Source of the DNA: an uncultured virus (IMG/VR IMGVR_UViG_3300042546_000459)
Taxonomy: Duplodnaviria; Heunggongvirae; Uroviricota; Caudoviricetes
Virus record (IMG/VR): IMGVR_UViG_3300042546_000459
Length of the DNA stretch: 64,000 nt
Direction: 5' to 3' (one strand)
Position numbers and translations under genes: made by a program. The notes below the pieces were generated by a model that saw only the letters and a list, made by a program, of their open reading frames with translations, was not told the origin of the DNA and did no database searches. Below, piece after piece: positions 54,570-64,000 of the stretch (position 1 is the first letter of the stretch; the number at the start of each line of letters is the position of its first letter).

Positions 54570-54737
54570 ATGGACTTAGAGAATTATTATAAATTAACTT
54601 TCTCTTTAATTCAGTATCATAAATATTCATTAACAGAGATTGAAAATTTGATACCGTGGGAGCGGGATATTTACGTTACTTTATTGAAGGCTCACTTGGA
54701 AGAAGAAAAACTTAAACAGCAACAAAATGGCGGCTAA
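54570..54737 (+). CDS. gp51: gp51-like baseplate hub assembly catalyst, 55 aa
   Basis: Read manually: MDLENYYKLTFSLIQYHKYSLTEIENLIPWERDIYVTLLKAHLEEE. Confidence 0.8.
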   Translation: MDLENYYKLTFSLIQYHKYSLTEIENLIPWERDIYVTLLKAHLEEEKLKQQQNGG

Positions 54738-57129
54738 TAAACCAAAGTTTATCGATAAATTTTGGCCAATATCTACTATTGTAGCAAGTAGAACTGGGCA
54801 ATACAAAAAAATACTTGCTCAACGAATGGAGAAGAGCAAGTATTTAATCGAGAATAACTTTGGTGTAAAGGCAGATAAAGTAGTAGATACTTTTATTAAA
54901 GCATATTTGTCTTCTGATAAGGATTATCCAGCACCAATTGAGTCTGTACAAAATCCACAATCTAATAAAGACTTTAGTTTACGTGATCAATATATTTTAT
55001 TTTTGTGGAATTATTATGTAAATGATAAAAGTAAAAAAACAAAAATACCAAAAGAAGTTCCTCCCAAAGAACAGTCTAAAGGAAATATTTCAGATCCTTC
55101 TGGTGCATTAACCTTATATGAAGGTATCAAAGAAGAAGATTTAATTAATGAAGAAATTGATGAAAGAATATTAAAAATACTTGGAATACAAGATGTTTTT
55201 GATATTGATTATGGTACTTATTTGAGTTTGCTAAAAGAAAAATTAGTAACCATAAGTATGGGGGATAAAAAAATCCCCAGAGAAGAGCAGATATTATTAC
55301 AAGATGAATTTAAAAGAGTAAAAGGAAAAGTTGGTAGATTTAAAGTAAGAAGTAAAAAAATAAATGCTGATAATATTGGAACAACAGGTCCGATAAGAGT
55401 ATCAAGGCAGCAATATTTTCTTGCTGGAAAAGTTTCTGTACCTGATGTTTCTAGAGAATCTGCAAACATTGGAAGTTCTATAAAAAAAGATATAGAAGCA
55501 ATAAAAAATTCTATAGTTTCTATTGCCTCTCTTCTTGCATCTCAAAATAAACTGATTCAAAAAGATGCGGATAATCAAAGAAAAATTGCTGAGAATTTAA
55601 AAAGAGGTAAAAGAGAGGAAGACCTAGAAAAAAAAGATAACAAGTTAAAAACATTAGCATCAAAAGTCTTAGCACCATTCCAAAGTATTCTTGACAAAAT
55701 AATTAATTTTATTGTTTGGACTTTACTTGGTCGTTTGATGGTCAAGTTTATAGATTGGATATCAGACAAAAAGAATAAGAAGAAAATTGATACTTTAGTT
55801 AGATTTATTGGTGATTGGTGGCCTGCTTTATTGGGGGCATTTCTATTATTCGCAACTCCTTTAGGCGGATTTGTTAGATCTATTATTGGAACGGTTGCTA
55901 AATTAACATTTAGATTGAGTAAATTTGCAATCCCTAAACTTCTTAATTTTGTAAAGGCAAATCCTGTTGCGGCAGCTCTTATTGGTGGTAGTATTGCTGC
56001 TGGGGTTGGTGCTTATGCATCCACACAACAAGTAGATAAGACTAGAAAAGAAAACAAAAAATCAGATCCTTCTACAGTACTACCTCAAGAAACTGCAAAA
56101 ACTGGTAAAGCACCAGGTGCTGCACAGTTATCGCAAGAGCAAATACAAAGTCGTGGATTTAATATGTTTAGGGGTGGAGGACTAATCCCTAAATTTGGAG
56201 ATTATCAAAAACCAACTCCAATTAGAGATATTGGATTTGAAAGTGGTGGTGCTATAACCGATGATACTGGTGTTAGAATTGCTGGTGCTGGAAAGGATAC
56301 TCAATTAATTGCTGCTCAACCTGGAGAGATTGTTATTTCTAAACCAGCAGTTGATAAGTATGGGGCAAACTTCTTTTTAGGATTAAACAAGTCTGGTGGG
56401 GGAACCAATGTTCCTAAGATGGTGAACAATATTCAACTAGCTGCTGGTGGAGGAATGGTTGGAACAATAGTTCCAGAAAAACCATCTGCTGCTGCTAAAA
56501 AATCTGTTTTTAATCCTGAGGTTGCTAATAAAAAATCTATGATGGGTCTTAATAATATTATGAATGTGACTAATTCTTTTGACCAAAATAAAAAAATGAC
56601 AACTCCAACAAAAATGTTTGGAGATACCGCAGATACTTTACAAAATACACCAACTACAAATAAAAAATCAAATCAAAAAACATCTTCCATTAAACCATTT
56701 TCCCTTAAACCATCAAGAATACAACCAAATAATAAACCATCCAATTTACAAATATCTAATGATACAAACTCAGTTCCGATAAAAGACGCTGCGTTACAAT
56801 CATTTAGACCATTATCTCAAAAAATGCCTTTCATTGTACCATTCATTAATAATGCAATGACAATGATAAGTGGTGTGGGTGATACTTTAGTCGATCTTAG
56901 AAAAAGAAATATTAATATACAACCAAATATTAAGCAGTATATTCCAGAACCACCTAGTGTAAAATCAAAATCAAATATTATTACATTACCACCTGTTATA
57001 AAACAGTCAACTGAATCTTCTGGAACTAAAATGAGTGCTATAAGAGATGTGGAAGATTTCCCTGCATTTATGATGAGTTCTCATCGAAAAAATAATATTC
57101 AAATATACGGAATAGGTGGTATAAACTAA
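54727..57129 (+). CDS. Tape-measure-like/baseplate hub protein
   Basis: 800 aa; coiled coil plus hydrophobic helices; follows gp26/gp51. Confidence 0.5.
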   Translation: MAANKPKFIDKFWPISTIVASRTGQYKKILAQRMEKSKYLIENNFGVKADKVVDTFIKAYLSSDKDYPAPIESVQNPQSNKDFSLRDQYILFLWNYYVNDKSKKTKIPKEVPPKEQSKGNISDPSGALTLYEGIKEEDLINEEIDERILKILGIQDVFDIDYGTYLSLLKEKLVTISMGDKKIPREEQILLQDEFKRVKGKVGRFKVRSKKINADNIGTTGPIRVSRQQYFLAGKVSVPDVSRESANIGSSIKKDIEAIKNSIVSIASLLASQNKLIQKDADNQRKIAENLKRGKREEDLEKKDNKLKTLASKVLAPFQSILDKIINFIVWTLLGRLMVKFIDWISDKKNKKKIDTLVRFIGDWWPALLGAFLLFATPLGGFVRSIIGTVAKLTFRLSKFAIPKLLNFVKANPVAAALIGGSIAAGVGAYASTQQVDKTRKENKKSDPSTVLPQETAKTGKAPGAAQLSQEQIQSRGFNMFRGGGLIPKFGDYQKPTPIRDIGFESGGAITDDTGVRIAGAGKDTQLIAAQPGEIVISKPAVDKYGANFFLGLNKSGGGTNVPKMVNNIQLAAGGGMVGTIVPEKPSAAAKKSVFNPEVANKKSMMGLNNIMNVTNSFDQNKKMTTPTKMFGDTADTLQNTPTTNKKSNQKTSSIKPFSLKPSRIQPNNKPSNLQISNDTNSVPIKDAALQSFRPLSQKMPFIVPFINNAMTMISGVGDTLVDLRKRNINIQPNIKQYIPEPPSVKSKSNIITLPPVIKQSTESSGTKMSAIRDVEDFPAFMMSSHRKNNIQIYGIGGIN

Positions 57130-57130
57130 A

Positions 57131-60100
57131 ATGGCTGTACTAGATCCTAAAAAATTATTACCATCTTCTAAGGAAGAAAATAAAAGGGCATCTTATAGTA
57201 ATGTTACTAGATTTTTAGTACCAGCAAAAAATGTGCAGTATAGGGATACTGCACCAGTTTCTCCAGAACCTGATGAACAAGAATCTAACATTGATTTAAA
57301 AAAAGATGTTTTAATTATTAAAGAAAAAGTAATATCTATAGAGGATATTTTAAAAAAGAGTTTAGATTTACAAAAGAAAACTTTAATAGGAAAAAGTAAA
57401 GATTTAGAAAATAGAAAAAGAGCAAAAAAAGAAAGTATTTTAGAACAAAAAAAAGATAAACCTGTTCTAGGTGGATTATCTGTTCCCACTAAAAGAATGG
57501 GACTACTTGACAGCATTAAAAATTTTGTTACTAGTACTTTACTTGGATTTGTTTTAGTAAGACTAGTAAAATATCTCCCACAAATAATTGATTTTGCTAA
57601 AAAAATAACTCCAGCAATAACTTTTATTGAGAGTTTTGTTGGTGGAATGGCTAATAAATTAATTAGTTTTATTGAGATTGGATATGGTGTATATGATAAA
57701 GTCAGAGATACTATTAAAAATATTGGTGGAGAGAATCTTCAAAAAACTTTTGATCAATTTTCTGGGCAGTTAAACACTTTTATTAATCTTGCTATAATTG
57801 CTGGAATGTCCACCATGGGTGGAACTGATTTTGGAATGGGTAAAAAAAGTCCAAAGGGACTGCCTACTAAACCTGGAACAAAACCTACAGCACCATCAAA
57901 TCAATCTCTTAACAGATATTTAAATCGAGGGAAGGAAGCAAAATTAATTGAAAGAAAATTTGGTAATAGTGCAGCAAGATATTATGAAGAACTAAGAGAC
58001 TCTGGTAAAAATTCTACACAAGCATTCAAAGAAGTTAAAAGAAGATTTCAACCAAGAGGATTATTTAATCGCAGAAATATTTCTGGACTTGCTGGAGAAG
58101 GACAAACTGCTGGGCAAGTCGGTAGGAGAGGGCTTGGAAGAACTGCAACTAGATTTGCTACAAAGAACTTTGGTAAGGGTGGGGCAAAAATTGCTAGTGG
58201 TGCTACTAAAGCACTCGGTAGATTTCCTATTATTGGACCTTTAGTTGATTTTGCTTTTAGATATTTTGTTCTTAGAGAACCACTTGGTAAATCTGCTGCT
58301 GGTGCTGTTGGTGCTGGAGTTGGGCAAGCACTTGGTACATGGTTGGGTGGAACTGTAGGTGGTGTTGCTGGAACTGTAGTCCCAATTATTGGTAATTTAA
58401 TTGGTGCTGGTGCTGGTGCTGCGATTGGAGGTCTTCTTGGTGGATTAATTGGAGATCAATTGGGTGTAAGTTTGTATGAAACCATTGTTGCTTATCAAAA
58501 ACCACCAAAAATTGAAGGCCGTGCTAAAGGTGGACAGGTATCTACAAGAGGTGGAAAACAAGTTGGTGGAAAAATACAAAGATCTTTTAAAAGAGCAAAA
58601 CCAAAACCACCAAAAATAAATGAAAGACCAGTTCAAATTGGTAGAGATATTGGTGGACAAGAAGTAATTGAAAAAGTATTTACTCCAGAAGATCCAAAAA
58701 ATTCTCAGCAAATGAGTTCTTTGAGGGTTTTAACAACTGCATCTAGTGAACTTAAAAAACCAAATAGTTCATTTTTTGGTCAAATTATGGGTGTTGGTGT
58801 TGATCTTGTAATGGGTCAAAAACCAAATAAGAATTTTTATAATCAAGTTGGCAATGCTTTTGGTTCGGTTATTCAACAATTAATTGATACAAATGCTGAT
58901 ATGGCAGTCAATGATACTGCAAGAACTATTCTAGCAATGGCTAATGGTGGAATAGTTCCGACTATGTTATCAAATGATAAGTTAAATTTTGGTGAAAGAG
59001 TTGGAAATGCTGTTGCTGGAATGTTTAGGCAATTTGTAGAAAGACAATCTGATATAATATTAAATTCGATTAAATTGGAATCTGAAAAGACACCTCCTGC
59101 TGGGTCTGTTACTGGAGACCCTACTGCTGGATTAGATGGAGAACTTGCTGCTGGAACTGTGGCAAGAGGGCAAATAACTATTGAACAACTTGTTGGTTTG
59201 GCTAAAGGTGCTGGATTTAGTCAGTCTGATGCTATAATTATGGCTGCAATTGCTATGGCAGAATCTGGTGGAAATTCCAACGCACATAATGCAAAACCAC
59301 CAGATAATTCATATGGTTTATGGCAAATTAATATGATTGGTAATTTGGGTCCAGAGAGAAGAAAACAAATAGGAATAACAAGTGATGACCAATTAAAAGA
59401 CCCAGTTATAAATGCACACGCTGCAAAATTGATAAAACAAAGTCAAGGATTTAGTGCATGGACAGTATATAAAACTGGGGCATACAAAAAACATTTAAAT
59501 GCTGCACAAAAATCTGCAAGTGCTTCACCAATTACAGTATACAAACCATCAACTGGTGCAAATATTGATCCAAATATGCAGCTTGGAAGTGGGCGAGGGA
59601 ATTTACAATCTGTTAGATCATTAGCAGAAAGTATGGGTGTTCCTTTATTCTCTAGTTATCGCCCAGGATCTAGAGGTTATCATGGAGTTGGTCGTGCAAT
59701 GGATTTCTCAAATGATTCTAAAGGATTAGGAACACCGCAACAACTTGCTTTGGCAAAAGAAATTGTAAAAAGATATGGAAGTTCCGTTCAAGAATTAATA
59801 TATACTCCTCTTGGATTTGGAATTTCTGGAGGTAAAAAAGTTCCTTTAACACATTGGGGACCACCATCAAAATCTAAATGGGCTGGGGGAGATCCTTCCA
59901 ATACTAATGCTGCACATTATGACCATGTTCACGTAGCATTTAAAAAGGGTGGTTATACTGGTGATGGTGGTGTAGGATTACTTCACAAAAATGAAATGGT
60001 TATGTCTTCAAAGGCAGTTAATCTATTTGGCAGAGAAACTTTTGAAGCAATGAATGAGATGGGTAATAAAATGCATGATATGAAACCATCTGCAAAAATA

Positions 60101-60298
60101 TCAAAAGTAAATAAAAAATCTTATGTTCCTGAAAGCATAAAATCTCAAGCATCATATGAATCTACTGGAATGACCGTTGTAATACTACCAATACATGAAA
60201 GAATTAAATCAACATCTACTGTTGGGTCTGGTGGAGGAATTCCTAATATTGGAAGATCTGCACACATAGATAATAGTATCGAATCCGCACTAGCATGA
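57131..60298 (+). CDS. Tape-measure-like protein with lytic transglycosylase and putative Zn-peptidase domains
   Basis: Gly-rich hydrophobic stretch; AIAMAESGG...SYGLWQIN (SLT-like); YHGVGRAMDF...HYDHVHVAF. Confidence 0.65.
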   Translation: MAVLDPKKLLPSSKEENKRASYSNVTRFLVPAKNVQYRDTAPVSPEPDEQESNIDLKKDVLIIKEKVISIEDILKKSLDLQKKTLIGKSKDLENRKRAKKESILEQKKDKPVLGGLSVPTKRMGLLDSIKNFVTSTLLGFVLVRLVKYLPQIIDFAKKITPAITFIESFVGGMANKLISFIEIGYGVYDKVRDTIKNIGGENLQKTFDQFSGQLNTFINLAIIAGMSTMGGTDFGMGKKSPKGLPTKPGTKPTAPSNQSLNRYLNRGKEAKLIERKFGNSAARYYEELRDSGKNSTQAFKEVKRRFQPRGLFNRRNISGLAGEGQTAGQVGRRGLGRTATRFATKNFGKGGAKIASGATKALGRFPIIGPLVDFAFRYFVLREPLGKSAAGAVGAGVGQALGTWLGGTVGGVAGTVVPIIGNLIGAGAGAAIGGLLGGLIGDQLGVSLYETIVAYQKPPKIEGRAKGGQVSTRGGKQVGGKIQRSFKRAKPKPPKINERPVQIGRDIGGQEVIEKVFTPEDPKNSQQMSSLRVLTTASSELKKPNSSFFGQIMGVGVDLVMGQKPNKNFYNQVGNAFGSVIQQLIDTNADMAVNDTARTILAMANGGIVPTMLSNDKLNFGERVGNAVAGMFRQFVERQSDIILNSIKLESEKTPPAGSVTGDPTAGLDGELAAGTVARGQITIEQLVGLAKGAGFSQSDAIIMAAIAMAESGGNSNAHNAKPPDNSYGLWQINMIGNLGPERRKQIGITSDDQLKDPVINAHAAKLIKQSQGFSAWTVYKTGAYKKHLNAAQKSASASPITVYKPSTGANIDPNMQLGSGRGNLQSVRSLAESMGVPLFSSYRPGSRGYHGVGRAMDFSNDSKGLGTPQQLALAKEIVKRYGSSVQELIYTPLGFGISGGKKVPLTHWGPPSKSKWAGGDPSNTNAAHYDHVHVAFKKGGYTGDGGVGLLHKNEMVMSSKAVNLFGRETFEAMNEMGNKMHDMKPSAKISKVNKKSYVPESIKSQASYESTGMTVVILPIHERIKSTSTVGSGGGIPNIGRSAHIDNSIESALA

Positions 60299-61566
60299 CG
60301 GCAAATAAAGAAGCACAATCTGCCAATATTAAAAAGTTTATTGTCTACTCGAATCGAGGTAGTGGTTCTTGTGATGTATCTACTGGTGTGGTATTATTTG
60401 ATTATTATGAAAGTGTACTAGAACATACTATAACTGTTTCTACTACTATTATTGATACTGGAAATGCTCCTGGTAGTAAAACTGTATTGGAAGGATTAAA
60501 ATTATCTGGATTTGAAAAGGTAGAACTTGAATTTGAAGACAATTATGGTAATGTTTTAAAATTTGATGAGTTGTATATTTCTAAGATTAGAAATATTTTT
60601 TCCGATAGACAAAATGCTGTATTTACTTTAGATATTGTAAGTAAAGAATTTTTGACAAATCAATTCACAAATTCTGAAGTGTATAGGAGATTTGATGGGG
60701 AAATATCAGAATCTGTAATGAGAATTTTGCGAGATAATATAAAAACTGATAAAATTATAGATGTTGATACAACAGTAAACAAATATAATTTTATTGGTGG
60801 TGGAAAAAAACCATTTAAATTGGCAACAGAAGTTGCAAAGTTATCTGTTCCCAGTGGATCATCTGGAACTTCTGCGGGATATTTTTTGTTTGAAACTTAT
60901 GATGGATTTAAATTTAAATCCATTGATAAATTATTTGAACAAGAACCAGTAGCAAAATATATTTTTAATGGTACTACATTATTACCTCCTGGTTATGATG
61001 CCAAAATATTAAGATATGATGCAAGTAAAACAATTGATGTTATGTCTAATTTGGTTATGGGTTCTTATGAAAGTAAGATTGAAACATTCGACCCATATAC
61101 CGATAAATTTAGGACTACCAAACAGTTATCTTCAGAACAACAAGAAGAACTTGGTGGTTTAGAATCTCCCAAACTGGGTGAGGGTTTTGAAGGTGCAACT
61201 AGAAGATCGTACAAAAGAATGGATGTTGGGCATTTGCCAGAACCTGCAAATAATAGTAATTCTCAACTTCAAAAAGCGACAAAAGAAAATTTAGATTCTA
61301 ATAATGTTCTCATTCAATCTTCTATGAGATATAATCAAGTTTTTACTTTAGTATTAAGTATTATTATTCCAGGAGATTGTTCATTAAGAGCTGGTGATTT
61401 AGTTTTTTGTGATTTTCCAGAACAAGGGGAAAAAGAAACAATTATGGCAGACAAGGAATTAAGTGGTATATATATGATATCAGATATATGTTTTCACATT
61501 ACACCAAGTTCAACTCTAACAAAAATGAACTTAGTCCGTGACTCATTTGGAAGAAAACCAAGGTAA
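60295..61566 (+). CDS. Baseplate hub/tail protein (gp27-like)
   Basis: YYES, AGYFLFET.DGF.FKSID.L, IPGD.SL.AGD, SG.Y.I, LVRDSFG. Confidence 0.6.
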   Translation: MTANKEAQSANIKKFIVYSNRGSGSCDVSTGVVLFDYYESVLEHTITVSTTIIDTGNAPGSKTVLEGLKLSGFEKVELEFEDNYGNVLKFDELYISKIRNIFSDRQNAVFTLDIVSKEFLTNQFTNSEVYRRFDGEISESVMRILRDNIKTDKIIDVDTTVNKYNFIGGGKKPFKLATEVAKLSVPSGSSGTSAGYFLFETYDGFKFKSIDKLFEQEPVAKYIFNGTTLLPPGYDAKILRYDASKTIDVMSNLVMGSYESKIETFDPYTDKFRTTKQLSSEQQEELGGLESPKLGEGFEGATRRSYKRMDVGHLPEPANNSNSQLQKATKENLDSNNVLIQSSMRYNQVFTLVLSIIIPGDCSLRAGDLVFCDFPEQGEKETIMADKELSGIYMISDICFHITPSSTLTKMNLVRDSFGRKPR

Positions 61567-61573
61567 AAAAATC

Positions 61574-61786
61574 ATGGATACAATCAATCAACACATTGAA
61601 AAGGATAAAAAAATTCTTGATGATCCACAAACATCTCCACAAGCTCGTAGACATACTCAAGAAGAATTGTCTTCTTTAGAGAAATATAAAGAAAATCACC
61701 CAAATGATGAACACGATCCATCTCCTTTAGAGTTGTTTTGTGATGAAAACCCTGATGCTCCAGAATGTAGAATATACGAAAGTTAA
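61574..61786 (+). CDS. cp12: CP12 Calvin-cycle inhibitor
   Basis: EEL..L, C-terminal LELFCDENPDAPECRIYE; no N-terminal Cys pair. Confidence 0.92.
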   Translation: MDTINQHIEKDKKILDDPQTSPQARRHTQEELSSLEKYKENHPNDEHDPSPLELFCDENPDAPECRIYES

Positions 61787-61789
61787 TAA

Positions 61790-64000
61790 ATGGAATTTGC
61801 TGGATCTTTTTTATTCGAGTCTGATAAACCCTGGTTAATATGGGAAGGTATTGTTGCACCTAGAACTGAATGGCCTAGGGATGATGAAGGTCTTGAAACC
61901 AGGGAACAATTAAAAAATTGGGCTTATCGTGTTAAGGTTAGAATACAACATGTTCACCCTGAAGATAAGAAGATACTTCCAGATTCTGCCCTTCCTTGGA
62001 TTGAAGTACCAACAACCATTATGGGTTCTGGGCACAAAGGAACTGGAATAACACCTGGAATTACTCAAGGAACTAGAGTTTGGGGTATTTGGGGTAGCCC
62101 TTCCACAAAAACTAATCCTATAATGTTGGGAGTTAAAGTAAATAATGACCAAACAAAATTAGTAAAAACTCAACCAACTAACGCTGCTTTTACTCCTTAC
62201 AGTGGATATACTCCTGAAGATACTGTTGCTGGATATGATGTACCTCTAGCAAAAGGATTGCCTTTAGAGGGAATAAATTATCCAAATATATGGAGTATTT
62301 CTGATTTAGACATATTAGATGAACCAAAATTTGCTGTTGCTGCACCATCAGACTGTGAAAAAATTCCTTTACGAGGAATTCAAAAAGCAATTCAGGGTTT
62401 GATACAGGACATTGAAAAAACTCAACGCCAATTAAAAAGATGGCAAAATGCTGCTCAAGGATGGATTGCTGATAAACAAGCATATATTCAAAAATTAATT
62501 GATAAGGCAGCAAAATTTATTGCCAAAGCACTTAAGTGGGTATTTGAAGAAATTAGAAAATTTGTATTAGAACAAATAAATGATAAGACAAAAAAACTTT
62601 ATTATCTTGTAAATCCACCAGATAGAGATAAAGTAAAGGCTGCTAAAGACACTGTTGTAGAATTAATTGTTTGTTTGTTTAATAAGTTAATTGCCAACTT
62701 AATTAAAATGGTTGGCAGATTCTTATTCAATGCCTTTGATAAGTTTATTACAGTTCCTGAATGTGTTGTTGAGAATTTTATTGGTAATTTGTTGGGAAAT
62801 GTGTTGGGTCTTGTTGGGGGACTTGTAGATAAAATACTCGGAACTTTATCATCTATTTTAGGTGCTGTTTTTAGTATTGCTGATGGTATTCTTGGACTTC
62901 TTAAAGCAATTCTTGGGTTTTTCTTGTGCGATGAAAAACAAGAATGTCCACAAGCTAAAGAATGGGATATATTTGAAGCAGGAGAACCTGGAGCAATTTT
63001 TGATTTTGATTCTATTATAAGCAAAGCTAAAAGTATTTCTGCTAGTGTAGCTGGATTGTCTAGTATTGATGATTTAAATATCAACTTTTCTAATATGATT
63101 TCTGGTGCAGGATCTGCATTTGACTCTTGTAATACTGGACCAGTATTTTGTGGACCTCCTAGTATTCAAATTTGGGGTGGTGGGGGTTCTGGTGCAGTAG
63201 GAAATGCAATAATAAGTGCTACTGGTGACTTATTGGGTGTTGATATAATTGCTGGTGGATCTGGATATACTGAGGCACCATATGTTAATTTTAAAGATTC
63301 TTGTGGAAAAGGTAAAGGTGGTAGAGGTAGAGTTATAGTTAATGATGATGGCACAGGAAATGGAACTAGAACAGTATCGAATGTAGTTATTTTAGATGAG
63401 GGTTATGGATATCTACCATCACCAAATGGAGATCTTGGTGGTGATGGAAGAACTTGGGCAACAAATAATCAAACAGTTGTTCAGAGAGTAAATGGAAGTT
63501 ATGATGTTCCCTATGATCCAGGTGAAGAAATAACACCAGAACTAAGAGATGGTGATAGAGTAATTAGACCAGAAGATAGAACAATATTAAATACAATTGC
63601 TGTTTTGGGTGGAGGTTCTAATAATCCTATTAATTTTGGACCTACAAATACTGGAATTGCTGGAAGTAGTACTGGTAGTCCAAGTATAGGATTTGCTGGA
63701 ACTGATACTGCATCTAATAATATTGCAACACCACCTATTCCAGGTTCTGGTGTTAATGGTGCAACTGATTTTAAATCTTTCCCAAGAGTTAATGTTGGTT
63801 CTTATCCTGTTATTTTATATCTTTGTGGTATTGACATTGAAAATGCTGGTATAAATTATTCTAGTGAAGATAAAATTGTTATAGAACCAAATACTGGTGG
63901 TGCTGTTGTTGAACCAATTTTTGGACCTTTTGGTGTTTTGACTGGAATTAATATTGTTGATGGTGGAAAAGGATTTACTGAAAGACCAAGTATTTACATT
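61790..64000 (+). CDS. gp5: Baseplate central spike gp5-like protein (partial, runs off the window)
   Basis: Read manually: W.GIV...YRVKVRI..H......LPDSALPW OB-fold; not in the ORF track, apparently because no stop lies in the window. Confidence 0.8.
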   Translation, partial: MEFAGSFLFESDKPWLIWEGIVAPRTEWPRDDEGLETREQLKNWAYRVKVRIQHVHPEDKKILPDSALPWIEVPTTIMGSGHKGTGITPGITQGTRVWGIWGSPSTKTNPIMLGVKVNNDQTKLVKTQPTNAAFTPYSGYTPEDTVAGYDVPLAKGLPLEGINYPNIWSISDLDILDEPKFAVAAPSDCEKIPLRGIQKAIQGLIQDIEKTQRQLKRWQNAAQGWIADKQAYIQKLIDKAAKFIAKALKWVFEEIRKFVLEQINDKTKKLYYLVNPPDRDKVKAAKDTVVELIVCLFNKLIANLIKMVGRFLFNAFDKFITVPECVVENFIGNLLGNVLGLVGGLVDKILGTLSSILGAVFSIADGILGLLKAILGFFLCDEKQECPQAKEWDIFEAGEPGAIFDFDSIISKAKSISASVAGLSSIDDLNINFSNMISGAGSAFDSCNTGPVFCGPPSIQIWGGGGSGAVGNAIISATGDLLGVDIIAGGSGYTEAPYVNFKDSCGKGKGGRGRVIVNDDGTGNGTRTVSNVVILDEGYGYLPSPNGDLGGDGRTWATNNQTVVQRVNGSYDVPYDPGEEITPELRDGDRVIRPEDRTILNTIAVLGGGSNNPINFGPTNTGIAGSSTGSPSIGFAGTDTASNNIATPPIPGSGVNGATDFKSFPRVNVGSYPVILYLCGIDIENAGINYSSEDKIVIEPNTGGAVVEPIFGPFGVLTGINIVDGGKGFTERPSIYI

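Noticed and set aside
1..64000. tRNA genes, introns or inteins (e.g. in psbD or thyX)
   Set aside because: None recognised by eye; psbD and thyX are uninterrupted and normal in length; tRNAscan-SE would be needed to exclude tRNAs fully

Overview
This is a 64-kb segment of a large, AT-rich T4-like cyanophage (cyanomyovirus), identified from recognisable protein motifs only; no database searches were run. Order of modules: (1) metabolic gene cassette psbD-talC-zwf-gnd plus a free-standing HNH endonuclease; (2) a late virion/tail-fibre block (6.4-25.5 kb) ending in three Cys/Gly-rich paralogues and a fibre chaperone; (3) a tailoring-enzyme island (25.5-38 kb) with a GT9 heptosyltransferase-like gene, ADP-heptose-pathway-like genes, two carbamoyltransferases, a flavin-dependent halogenase, several 2OG-Fe(II) oxygenases and a divergent bilin reductase; (4) small conserved genes and speD; (5) a nitrogen-sensing module missed by the ORF track, made of an NtcA box, a sigma70 promoter, a twin (probably nested) glutamine riboswitch and three coupled micro-ORFs, two with DUF4278-type YRG motifs; (6) core genes thyX, phoH, exonuclease, gp33, gp59, gp32; (7) baseplate/tail genes gp53, 48, 2, 4, 54, 26, 51, two tape-measure-like genes, a hub gene, cp12 and a partial gp5. 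The strongest leads are the NtcA/glutamine-riboswitch micro-ORF operon, the heptose/tailoring island next to the Cys-rich adhesin-like genes, and a lambda G/GT-like -1 frameshift joining gp26 and gp51.
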